Shown here piece by piece: positions 1 through 57,100 of a stretch of DNA of 64,000 nucleotides (the first letter of the stretch is position 1; each line of letters begins with the position of its first letter). Location: contig NC_086107.1 in assembly GCF_963921235.1 (NCBI RefSeq), forward strand, positions 114,516,001 to 114,580,000, given 5' to 3'. The DNA is from Mobula hypostoma (Eukaryota). The notes beneath the pieces are model-generated. The model saw only the letters and a program-made list of their open reading frames with translations, searched no databases and was not told where the DNA came from. Made by a program: the position numbers and the translations under genes.

Positions 1-225
1 TTGGGAGTGCGGACGGTGGGAATGAACGGGAAGGGGTGAGATTCATCAGGAGTGCGGACCGTGGGAATGAATGGTAAGGGATGGGGTCCCGTTGGGAGTG
101 CGCACAATGGGAGCAAACCGAAAGGGGTGACATCCCACTGGGAGTGCAGACGGTGGAAGAGAATGAAAAGGGCTGGGTCACATTGGGAGTGCCGTTGATG
201 GGAGTCAGTGAGATGGGACACTTAC

Positions 226-21037
<20,812 letters not shown>

Positions 21038-21239
21038 CTTGCAACCCAACACAATCCAACCAAGACTCAAGGTTGGGAGGATCTCTCAATATTTGAAGAG
21101 TAAATCCCCTTAAAGTTGGATTTTATCGAAGAGTAAAGCATTCTGTTGACAAAGTTCTTCCATTGTGCTCTTCTTGGCCCGGAAATACATAGCTCTTGAG
21201 GAGGCGAAAGTCAACAAACGAATTAGCTCCAAATGGTCA

Positions 21240-22403
21240 AGGTCGCCATCTTGAAGTCTCCCCTCTCCCCTTCCGGGTCCTCTTCGTTTCGCCCACCAAG
21301 GTCCGACTAACCGTGTGCGCAATGACGTCACTTGACCCAGTCTCCCACAGCCTCTGCGTGCTGTCGTCACGGCAGGGGGCAGGATGTTTCCCCTGAGAGA
21401 CAGGTCGTTAGACCAATCAAGAGAAGAAGTGGCAGGTTAATACCGGAAATTCAGCAAATCTCTGGCGGCAGTGTTGAGGGGCAGGTCGAATGAGGGCGGG
21501 GTGGAGGGCAGGTTGGAAAGCAGCGAAAAATCAATTACGGCTTCAACGACCTGGAGGCGCAGTTTCAATATGAAATGAACCAAGAGCGGGTCCCGGTGAG
21601 GGGAAAGGGGCGGGGTCGAGCTCGAGATATCACGTGGCAGGGATTCCTACGCAATCCAATAAAAGCTAAAGGAGGGGGAGGGAGCAAACGACAGGGTACG
21701 ACCAATCACATGGAGGGGCGGGTTTTATCGTGAGCTGTCGATCAAACCAATCGAATCTAGAGACGTGACCCGTGACGCAAGAGACTGACGTAATTCTTGG
21801 CTTCATTAATGCAAATAAATTTCTAGGTGTTGTTAATGTTGAGCATAACGTGTTGGAGGAGCTCAGTAGAGTCCTGAAGGTCTTTGTCTGAAACGTTCAC
21901 TGTTTTCTCTATTCTTGCTTTGTCCCCACTGCGTCCCGTGCAGATTAATCATGGTTTCAAAGGATAATTGGCGGATTTTATCCAGAAAAACGTACAAAAA
22001 TACTGGGGAAACTCAGGAGGTCAGGCAGCATCTGCTGGTGAGATAGTACCTATGGAATGATGGATGCTGTCTGACCTGCTGAATTTGTTCAGCACTTCGC
22101 GTGGTTCCCCGGATTTCCAGCATCAGTTATCCAAAACAGACTGTTTTCAATTGGTATTTGATTGGCAGGGTATAATGACCAATCGAATGAGGAGAGACGC
22201 ATACCGTTGAACCAATCGGGTCTAAACTAGCGGGGAGATGGGCGGTACACAAAATAGCGGCAACCAATCAGAGATGCAGTGTGTTGGACCCGCGACAGCA
22301 GCGGACCAATGGATGCGGCCAGAACGGGACGGTACCCTCCCCTTTCTGGAAGCATCCCCCGCCCGCGCATGCGGCTTGTAGTGGAAAACAAAACGAAACG
22401 GTG
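21240..22403. promoter_or_regulatory. Divergent BCKDK/KAT8 promoter region, CpG-rich
   Basis: CCAAT at 21413, 21656, 21702, 21747, 22179, 22212, 22264, 22306; ATTGG at 22150, 22161; GC box GGGGCGGGG 21607; CRE TGACGTCA 21323; ETS-like CCGGAAAT 21443; E-box CACGTG 21631; YY1-like CGCCATCTTG 21244; octamer ATGCAAAT 21809; NRF1-like GCGCATGCG 22365. Confidence 0.8.
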
Positions 22404-46185
<23,782 letters not shown>

Positions 46186-46389
46186 AGAGGGGATGGATGG
46201 CAAGGATAGTGTTGGGCAGTGGCGCTCGCTGGAAATGGAGGGGGATCCTCGATGCTCCCTGGTTCGTCTGTTGGGAGCATCTGCTCGACCTTTGATCTCT
46301 GTGCATCATGTGAGCGAGTCTCTGCAACTGTGTCTCAGTGTGTGTAAATAATCTCTCCTGTTCTCACTGTAATACTTGCACTTCTCAAT

Positions 46390-46395
46390 AATAAA
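46390..46395 (+). terminator. Probable KAT8 polyadenylation signal AATAAA
   Basis: AATAAA ~205 nt after the stop codon, followed by a U/GU-rich tract (ttttattttgtatgggtggttt). Confidence 0.7.
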
Positions 46396-47974
46396 CTTTT
46401 ATTTTGTATGGGTGGTTTCTGTCTCCACATTAACATCTCCACAGGGACTAATCGGGGTTCATTGCAGTGTTCTGATCCCTCTTTGCACCACCATGGAGAC
46501 TGCTGGGACCCGGCAACCCTGGACATCCCACAGCCTGCTGTTGAGGGGCAAGGTAGTACAGTAGTTCAACACAGGAACACAAGTCACATCCCTCCTCGCT
46601 GCTAACCATTTTTACAGGTGCTGCCATGTGAAGGCTGGACAGTACAGGATGCCTTTACCAAAACATCAGCACCTCTTATTTTCACTCAGTGCTGCGGGTC
46701 TAAGGCCAGACCCTGTAGTTCCCATGTCCTCCGCTGCAGCTGCTTCCAGTCATACAGCCTCCTTCCTCTGTAATCTCCATGAAGGGTCCCCTCCCATGGC
46801 TGCTGCCCAACTTGGTGAGTTTCTCCAATGTTTTCTTAAATTCTCTAACGGGCCAGTGTTCCTGCAGGCTTCAAGGCAATCACAGACATTCCAGTGCACG
46901 AGAGACAGTGCTGCTCCCTAGGCCTGTGCTGAGCTCACTGTACTGCATCTAGCTCAAGATGCACCATTTGCTGATACAGAAGTGGCTGGCCTCATTAATG
47001 AGTTGGGATACAGAGAAAAGGTAAAAGGATTGTCAACTGTAGAAGAACAGCCTGAGACTTGCTCTCCATTGTACATCCATAGCTCTGCTCTGAAGAGCAC
47101 AAACCCTCATTAATCAAGAAAGCTAAAAGCACCTACACTTTCTGAGGAGATGGAGGCATGCAAGGTACCAGTGGGAGTGATCAATGTGCAGATTGGAAGC
47201 AGCAAGGGATCAGGTGAAAACCACCAAGAGGATCAGTGGGTTCTCCCCCACCCCACCCCACCCCATTTATATCTGTAAATAACATCAAAACAGGACAAGT
47301 GGTGCAGCAACATCAAAGAGGAAAGGCCTGCAGCATTGTTGAGAATCCCCACCACCCATCCATAATCTTTTACCCATTACTGTCAGGAAGGTGGTGGTGG
47401 TGTATCAGGACAAATGACAGTCTGAATACCCTGCCATCACTAAATAGTGAGCAGTTCACGTGCATTGTGAATGATACATTTGTTTAATTTTGCTTCGTGC
47501 TGTGTGTGATGCTTTATAGGTGCAGCATGGTCCAGAGCAATGTTACTGTTTGGTTGTATACAGGTAGTCAGATGACAATAAACTTGACCTTGTATCCACA
47601 CAGCCGACGTGGACACCTTCAGGAATCTTGTCGAATGCCATTCTAAAATCCACATACACTGGCCATCAATTTGTTTGGTGACAAACTCACTCAAGGTCGA
47701 TGAGGCTGAGTTGACTATTGCCAATTAGACTATACTATTAAAGCCTGAAAGCACATAACACCAGACTCAATGATAGCTTCGAACTCCAGAATGGACCTGT
47801 GAATGCGTGCGCACACACACACAAACAAAATCTGCCCTGTCTCACTCAGGATTGGTGACCGTCTTTCCTGATAGCTTTGCCCAGAGCCCAGGGAGGAGTC
47901 CGTTTGAACACTGACAGGGAAAGGCATGTCTCTTTTCTGGGAGAAGTAACGAGAGGAGTTAAAACAGTTGGAGG

Positions 47975-47980
47975 TTTAAT
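47975..47980 (-). terminator. Possible FUS polyadenylation signal ATTAAA
   Basis: ATTAAA on the minus strand ~170 nt after the stop codon, at the end of a U-rich 3' UTR. Confidence 0.45.
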
Positions 47981-48150
47981 GTCAACTTGTGGAAAATACA
48001 GGTTAAAATCCAACAAATACAAAAAAAACAGCTCCTCTGACGCAATGTAACGGTTATTACACACTTTGATGCACAAATCAACACAGAAACCGTATACAAA
48101 ATAAAAAATAAAGGTAGAAATCCCAAGGTCCCAATGAGTATGTACACAAA

Positions 48151-48190
48151 CTAATATGGTCTCTCTCTTCGGTCTTGTCTGTGATCACTC
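48151..48190 (-). CDS. FUS: FUS exon 15 (PY-NLS, stop)
   Basis: [12 protein letters not shown] with TAG at 48153-48151. Confidence 0.95.
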
Positions 48191-51100
48191 CTTCAGGGAG
48201 AGAGAGAAAGAAAAGGCAAGGAGGGAGGTGGGGAGGGGAGAGAGACGCAAAACAAAAATGGGTTAGACTGTTACATTCAGCAACAAGGGATGTCTTCAAT
48301 TACAAAGTCAGTACCATAAGACAGGAGGGGCACGAACTGAGCGGCGCGTGTCTGTGTCTGCGAAGGGACTGAAAATGTTCATGATACGAAGGTCAGCAGA
48401 ACCATTTACCTGGAGTCCATTTTCCCAGATCCCATGCCAAACCCTCCTCGGTCACCACCTCTGCTCCGGAATCCCCCTCGGTCCCCTCCACGGCCACGGA
48501 AACCGCCACGGTCAAAGTTCCCGCGGCCTCCGCGATCCCCTCCTCCAAAACCACCTACAGTGGAAACAGGGAGGCGGAAATGTCAGGGAAAGGCAGAGAG
48601 ATCAGAGGCACATTCCCTCCACACCATCCCAGGGTCGGACAAAGATAGAGACACTCGCATGGAATTTAACCCTTACTTACCCATCTGGGGTGGCCCGCCC
48701 GCTCCTTCAGGTTTGGGAGATTTGCACTGGTTGCATTCATTCCTCCATGAGAAGTTGATGTTGCCACAGCTCCTGCCAGAGAGAGAGAGACCATTCAGAT
48801 CACGACTGGAGTCCTGTCCACCTAAACCTGCCACTCCAGCCCCACTAACCTCACAAGCATTCAGTTAACGGTGCTCCACACCGGGCATACACAGTGAACG
48901 TCAGGGCCCCTGGCTGGGACTGTTACACAGCTGAGGGACCTAGGGGTATGGTGATATGGTTTGCTGAGAGTATTGTCACAGGTAGACAAGGCAGTGACCA
49001 TGGCATTTAGCATTCTGCCCTTCATCAGTCAGGAGTTGGGATGTTATGTCACAGTGCACAAGGTGTTGGTACTATGAGCAGCTCAGATCATCCCGCCATT
49101 TTTGCCCTGGGAACAAAAGTCTCTGGCTAGTCACTTTTATCTATGCCCCTTATCATCTCGTACAGTTTTACCAAGTCACCGTTCTTCCTCCTCCTCCTCT
49201 CCAAAGATAAACACCGTACTTCACTCAACCGTTCCTCAGGAGATGTGCTCTCTAGTCAAGCCAGCATTCTGGTAAATCTCTTCTGCACCCTTTCTAAAGC
49301 ATCCACATCCTTTCTATGAGTTAACCAGAACTGAACGCAATATTCTAGTTGTAGCATAACAGTTTTATAACAGGCTTTTGAACATAGTACAGCACAGTAC
49401 AGGCCCTTCAGCCCACAATGTTGTGCCGACCCTCAGACCCTGCCTCCCATATAACCCCCCACCTTAAATTCCTCCATATACCTGTCTAGTAGTCTCTTAA
49501 ACTTCACTAGTGTATCTGCCTCAACCACTGACTCAGGCAGTGCATTCCACGCACCAACCACTCCCTGAGTAAAAAACCTTCCTCTAATATCCCTTTGAAC
49601 TTCCCACCCTTACCTTAAAGCCATGTCCTCTAGTAATTGAGCAGTGATGCCCTGGGGAAGAGGCGCTGGCTATCCACTCTATCTATTCCTCTTATTATCT
49701 CGTACACCTCTATCATGTCTCCTCTCATCCTCCTCCTCTCCAAAGAGTAAAGCCCTAGCTCCCTTAATCTCTGATCATAATGCATACTCTCTAAACCAGG
49801 CAGCATCCTGGTAAATCTCCTCTGTACCCTTTCCAATGCTTCCACATCCTTCCTATAGTGAATGCAAGGAGTGTTTAAGCTGCAGAAAAGATTCATAGGA
49901 ATTTTGCTGTACTGAAAGGCTTGAGTTACAAGGAACGACCAGATAGACTGGTGTGTTGATGTTTCTGGAAGACAATTTTAGACAAGACTTTCAGGGATGT
50001 GGTACAGCAGAGTACAAGTACAAGGGGTCCATGAAAGTGGTGTCACAGGCAGACATGGCAGTAAAAAGGCATTCAGCACACTGGCCTCCATGTGTCAGGG
50101 CACTGTGTACAGGAGTTGCAGTCACACAAGATATTGGTGAATCCTCATTTGGAGTGTTGCCTTCGGTTCTAGTTCATTATATGAATGACGCCGAAGCTTT
50201 AGAGAGGCTGCAGTGGAGATCTATTACAATGCTGCCTGGATTAGAAAGCACATCATACTGAGGAAAGATAGAGTAGGCTTCTCTCTGGAGGAAATATGCT
50301 ATTAAGCTGGAACAAGTGCAGAGGAGATTCACAAGGACATCACCAGGACTCATAAGACTAAGTACGCTCTGAGGAGAGATCAGGCACACTGGGACTCCTC
50401 CTTGAAGGGCGATCTTACAGAGGTGTTTAACCTCCTTGAAGGCCACAACTAGGGGGAATGACTATGATACACAAGAGCAGAACTAAGCCAAGTATTCTCT
50501 GTCATTCCACTATGGCTGATTTATTTTCCTTCGCAACTCCAGCATCCTCCCCATGATCCCCTTACGAACTGGGAAGTATTATTATCTTATACGCCAGGGT
50601 TTGGGATCCAAAACCCAGAGGGCAGAGGGTTAAGATGAAATGGGAAAGATACTTAGTAGGGACCTGAGGGGGTGGTCCATGTATGGAACGAGCAGTAAGA
50701 GGAAATGGCTGAGGTACGTTTATGACGTTGAAAAAACATTTGGACAGGTACACATACAGAAAAGGTTGAGGGCAAGTGGGACTAGCAGAGATGGGAATCC
50801 TGATCGGTGGGGACTGGACGAACCAAAGGGCCTTTTGTTCTGAGCCTGGACGTTCACCAACACAGGGCAGGGTTTTCTGAAGACCTCTCATACTCACGGA
50901 TTTGAGCACTTCCAGTCACCAGCTCGCTGCTGTCCTCCACCACCACCTCCTCCTCCTCCTCCACCTCCAAAACCACCTCGTGGACCACCTCCGAATCCTC
51001 CACGGCCCATGGAACCTGACCCAGAGACAGAGAGAGAGAGGGAGATGAGAAGGAGAGAGACACCAAGGGTTGGGCAGAGAAAGTTGGGCTCCAGCTACCC

Positions 51101-54100
51101 CTTGGCACCTCCACAGTGGAGACATGGACGGGGGTGGTGGAAGAAGAGGGGCAGCAGGGTAGCCACACCCCACCAAGAGAAGCCGAAGCGCCCCCTCCCC
51201 CAACCCCATAACTACTTGGAAAGGAAGCACTGGAGCATTATGAATCCTACTCACCTCCGCGACCTCCACCTCCTCTGCCCCCACCTCTCATGCCTCCACG
51301 ACTGAATTCGGTGCGGCGTGTGGCAAAGGATACTTTGATCATGTGACCGTTGAATTCCTTTCCTGAGACACAGAGGAAAGAGTTGGCGAGACAGGCTTGG
51401 TCACAAACTACCCTTCCTCAATACCGTCAACAGGAAGGCCGTATCCTCCCCCCCCCCCCCCCCCGGGTCCTTCTGCGTCTCCACCATTGAGTCAGCAGTA
51501 AGGAAGACAAATGCAATATTAGCACTCATTTCCAGAGGACTAGAAGATGTAATGCTGAGGGTTTATAAGGCGTCAGTGAGACTGCATCTGGAATATTGAA
51601 AGTAGTTTTGGGGTCTGTACATGAGACAAAATGTGCTGGCATTGGAGAGGATCTATCTAGATCTTTAATTAGGTAGGTGTCAATAATATCCTTGCTTATT
51701 CTTCTAAACTCCAGTGAGTGCAGGCAGAGCCATTAACCTTTTCATTCCCACGATCATTCTCAGAAACCTCCTCTGGACCCTCTGCAACACCAGCATGACC
51801 TTCTTCAATTCCCCTATTTCGGTTATCCTTTCCCCTCTTCTCTTCCGCCCATTACCACATTCCTGGTTCAAAGTAAATTCATTATCAAACTAAGCACCAT
51901 ATACATCCTTGTTTCCGTGCAGACATTTTACATGTAAATTAATGAATTTACAAAAAGCTATACATAACTAAGGCTGAAAAGGAAACAATGTGGAAAAAAA
52001 CAACTAAATAAAAAGTATCAAGAACAAGATTTGCAAAACAAGTCTATATATCATAGAATCAGTTCAGAGTAGCAGTGAATGAAGTTATTGTTGAAGGCTA
52101 GTAACCGTTCCTGAACCTGAGGCTTCCGTAGCTCCTTCCTGGTGGTAGCACTGAGAAGTCTTGGACGAGATGGTGGGGTACTGGATACTGCTTACTTGTG
52201 GCAGCATTTTGTGTAAGTGTGCCCAGTGGTGGGAGGGCTTTGCCCGTGATGGACTGGGCATTGGTGCTTCCATACCAGGCTGTGATTCAACCAGTTAAGT
52301 AAGATGCATCTATTAGAGCTTTTGGTAATATACCAAATACAACATGCAAATCACTCATCTTCCAGCATTCCCAGGCTCTTAAGTCAGCATGAACACCACC
52401 CCCCACCACCACCACCGTTACCCACAGCCACTCACCGTCAAACCAGTCGATGGCTGCCTTGGCAGAGGGAGGATCATCAAAGGAGACGGTGGCCTCACCC
52501 TTCAACTTGCCGGTCTCACGGTCAGTGTACAGGTTGATCATGGGCTGCCCAGTCCTCTTGTTCATCTGCAAGGTGGTGATGGGGGTAAGAGAAGGGTTCG
52601 CCCCACAGCCACCCCCCGTCTGTTCTAAATGCCCCACAGCCAAACCCCGTGTTCTAAATGCCCCACACCCAAACCCCATCTGTTCTAAACGCCCCACACC
52701 CAAACCCCGTGTTCTAAATGCCCCACACCCAAACCCCATCTGTTCTAAACGCCCCACACCCAAACCCCGTGTTCTAAATGCCCCACACCCAAACCCCATC
52801 TGTTCTAAATGCCCCACACCCAAACCCCATCTGTTCTAAATGCCCCACACCCAAACCCCGTGTTCTAAATGCCTCTTCAATACCTGCATCGTATCTGCCT
52901 CTACCACCACCCCTAGTAAGCACATTCTAGGCACCCAGGTCAAACTTGAAGGCAGAGTAGAGCGCTAATGGCAGCATTCTTGGTAGTGTGGAAGAACAGA
53001 GATCTTGGAATCCACATCCATAGATCCTTCAAAGTTGCCACGCGTTGACAGTATCGCTAACCAAGTGTATGGTGTGCTGGCGTTAGGTGGGCTAAAAAGT
53101 CGCGAGGTAATTTTTCAACACCAGAAAACTCTGGTTAGTTCACACGTGTTCAGTTCTAGTTACCTCATTATAGGAAGGATGTGGAAACTTTAGAGGCTGC
53201 AGAGATGATTTACCAGACACTGAACACACTTAAGAGGAAAGGGCTTTCCGTGTGAAGGATGAAAGAAAACTTGACAGAGGTGCACAAGATGATAAGAGGC
53301 ATAGACAGAGTGGACAGGGAGGCAATGGTAGATACCAGACGACATCACTTAAGGTGTATGGAAGAAAGTTTAGGGGAGATGGTGAAAGGTGCCTTTGTTT
53401 TTACAGAGTGTGGGTGCCTGGACTACACGGCCCAGGGTGTGTGACAGAGGAAGATAAGCGGATGGCAATGTGGTAGACTAGGGTCAGAGTAGATTAAAAG
53501 GGCCTGTACTGTTCCGAACTATGCACCACAGGCAGGCAACAGGGGATATAGACCACATGCAAGCATTACAGTGACCTTGTGGCCTGCACAGATGCATTGG
53601 ACCAAAGGGCCGTGAGACAGGGTACTGGCAGTGATGCTGCACGAGTTGAGTGAGGCCAGGGAACCAGAGGGGGTCAGCAATTTACCTTGATCACGCCGAT
53701 CTGCTTGAAGAAGTCGGCCACAGTATCCACAGTGACGTTCTCACCGAGTCCCTGGACGAAGATGGTGTTGTTGTCAGAGTTGTCCTGGTCTGAGCCTGCG
53801 ATGGGGTGAAGAGGGAAGAGAAATGACATATCTTTCTGAGCTACTGAGGGAGCATGTCCCCACCCATCACTCTCTCCCTTGTCTCTGAAACCCACATCAC
53901 AGTAACCCTGTCACTAACACAATCCACCCCACCGTCACATCAACACACCACCAGAGCCTTCCGCCATATTTTAACCCAGGGGTGGCGAGCCTTTTTGCAT
54001 GTGTGCCCAAATTGGCGATAATCTTTCAAAAATAATTTTCTTGTTTGCCATGATTACTTGCAGCAGTGATCATCACAGGTTAGTGAATTTGTAACAATAA

Positions 54101-57100
54101 TTAGTCTTCTTTAGCATAATATGATGAGTCCTGTCGCTTATTTATGTGTATTGTTTTACTATTAATAAAAATAGATTGAAATAAATGAAACATTTTTGAA
54201 AACCTGTTCAAAAATTGCTGAGGCGAATGTTTCCTCTAATTAGTAAATTCCTTGGGCTGTGCCATTTTTGCCCAGTGACAGCAGCATGAATGGAAGTAAA
54301 CACAAAGCTTTTCTAAGGATCATAAAGTACCAAGTCCAGTTTGCTATTAATTGTTTAAGAGAAATAAAACTGAATCAGAAACTGGAAAAGGAAATGCGAT
54401 TGTGTATGATCATAAAATATACTGAACATGCCAACGAGGTAGAGGGTGACAACCTTCTAAATGCGCCAGTCATAAAAGATGTGTGCAGACACACCTCAGA
54501 GGGAGCACTGATGGAGGCGCTGAGCCACCACATACAGTTACCAAAGTTACTGAGTATCCCGTGTTCACCAACAAACGACAGAAAAAGCAGAATGAAGCTA
54601 ACGGCAACTGGTCCAACACTGTAAAACCAGGCCTGCGAGGATTTCAAAACCTGTCAACCAACATCATGTGTGGTTGTGCCAAGCTGATGCGAGACACTTT
54701 CCTGTGTATTAATCTTGCTGCTGACAGGTTGCAAAATATCATTCTCTGTTCCATTTCACAGTACAGATCTGTTTTTTTTATTACAGGGTGGGGTTTAAAG
54801 AAAGACGAGGCACATGCCATCTTGGGTATGCTTACTATAGGATTACCACCCTGGACCCCTCCAATTCCCTTCCCTGTACATTCGTCACAATTAAACAGGG
54901 GGAGGGGAACAGAAAACGAAGAGTCATTCCTACCTGGGTTGGCGTTTCCTGATCCTTGGTCCCGGGGACCTTGGGTTTGAAAAAGAAAGAGGGAGAGAGT
55001 TAATGCCCGAGACCTGGACCTCCCCGCCTCTCTCTCTCTCCCCCCTCCACAACCCCCCCCAGCCCCGAAGGGAGGGGGAGAAAGCGAGAGAACGCCACAC
55101 AGCATAGAACCCGCCGGCAATGCAAACGAAACGTTCCGGGCCAGAGCTGAGACTCCAACTCCTGTCAGTGCTTCGCCGCCTGCTCGTTCCCTGGGTGGCA
55201 AAAAACCTGCCTGTGCAGCAGACCTTCCACATCAGCCTGTGACCAATTACCAAATCCACCAGTGACTTTAACCTCTGAGGCAGAGTGTGTGTGTGTTAAG
55301 TTTTTTTTACTCTTTTGTTTAAACAAACCATTTCATTTTTCTCAACATGAACCACTTTTGCCCCCATCCTCCAACTCAACTGATCGGTATCCAGCTGGGG
55401 GGTGTTTTTGTTCTCCCCAGCAGCGGACAGGTGGAAATCCTTCTCGAGTGGAGCCCCCACACACAAGCTTGACCAACACCCAGGACACGTGCAGTAAACA
55501 GCAAGCTTCATTCACTTTCAATCCTTGATTCTAAAACAAAGCCCCTTGTGTGTGCTTGCTCGCCCATGTTTTGAGAAATTTCTGCTCAAGACCCTCACTC
55601 AACACCACTCTTCAGCCTAGAGATGATGGTCCAGGCCGTGATCAGCAGCTGGGGGAGTGGAGCCGTGGATTGACTAACGCTGAGACTCACCACTCTGGAT
55701 TAGACGCCCGACAGCCCACTCTGCGACAAACCACGGGATAGGGAGTTTGAGGGGGAAAGGGCACAGGGGCAGTATGGTGAAAGAGTGGGGGTGGTCCTCT
55801 GACCACTACCAGTAAACTTACATGACCACAAGTGAACCCAACTTGAGAGAGGGTGGGTTGTTAATGGCAGCTGTGGCACGACTGCAGTGGGATCGGTGGT
55901 TGGTACAAAGCCGTTTCTCATGCAAGAATACTGGCGAGAGTGAGCAGAAGAAGAGAAACAAGAACTAGAGAGAAGAGAGAAAAGAGAACCCTCCCCCCAG
56001 CCAAAAACACAAACACCACACAGCAAGGACATTCTGCCTGAGTCCAGGACGCCCTAAACAGAACCTTCTTGCTGTCTCTTCACCTGCGAGAGGGGTAGTT
56101 CACCCTGGCTACAGGATGGACAGGATGAAGGCGGGTAGCTGAGGGGGCAGAAGGTACACGTGCCCAACACTGGGTATGTCGCGCTGGCCAAGCCTCAATG
56201 TTAACTCCCCAGAGATCGAGAGGAATGCACACAGACCGGAGCTGTCCCAAGTGACCCGCAAGGTGGGTTGGAGGCCACCGTCTTTCCAACGCATCACACA
56301 AGTCAGTAACATGTTGGCAAACCCCTCTGTAACCATTCAGTTATCAATATTATAGACACACCAATATATGCTATATTAAACCCATACATAGTGGCGTTAT
56401 TTTTTCCAGACCAACAAACGCCGTTACTTTTGTTTTGATAAACACCAGTATCTGTACTCATGCACATCAGTAACACCATGACCCATTCACTGTATTTTGT
56501 TTTTTTTGTTGTTTTAAGATGCTTAGATTAGCTTTCGCACCACACCCTCCCAGGTTTTGATGTTAAGATGATATTTGGCTGAGGGGAGGCACTCAGAAGA
56601 GTAGCTCTCACCAAGGGATGCAGAGAGAGAGAGGGGAGGGGAGGGGATTGGTGTTTGTAAACCCCATGCCTTACAATCCCCACAAGTCATACCATGATAA
56701 CAGTGCCTTTGATTCACAATATACTCTGTTAAACACATTGAATGCTTCAAGTCTTTAGAGTTTTTTTTGCTTTTTTTGGTTTCGATTTGCTTAACTCTTT
56801 CACTTACCACCAAACTTATTGAATCCACCTCGTTCACCACCGCTGAGAAGACAAATTTGAAGATATTGAAGCTTTTTCCACGTGTCTGTGTGCGCGCACG
56901 TTTTGTGTGGGTGTGTGTGTATGTACATGTATGAACTTAGACCTATGGTTTATTTACATGTATATATACACTTATTTTTTTGTTCAAAAAAACCAGACCT
57001 TTGATTTTAACATGACACTGTTAATGCAAACCATCTCTTTTTACCGAAAGGTATGTTGGAATTTCTCCAAAAGTCTTATCTGTCCAAATTTCACCATAAA

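Noticed and set aside
53975..54720. Possible hAT/Charlie-like DNA transposon relic in FUS intron 8
   Set aside because: Only one TIR-like end (caggggtggcgagcctttt) is recognisable; no matching end or transposase motif was confirmed
56040..56145. Additional acceptor-like sites in FUS intron 7
   Set aside because: No convincing paired donor, so not called as exons
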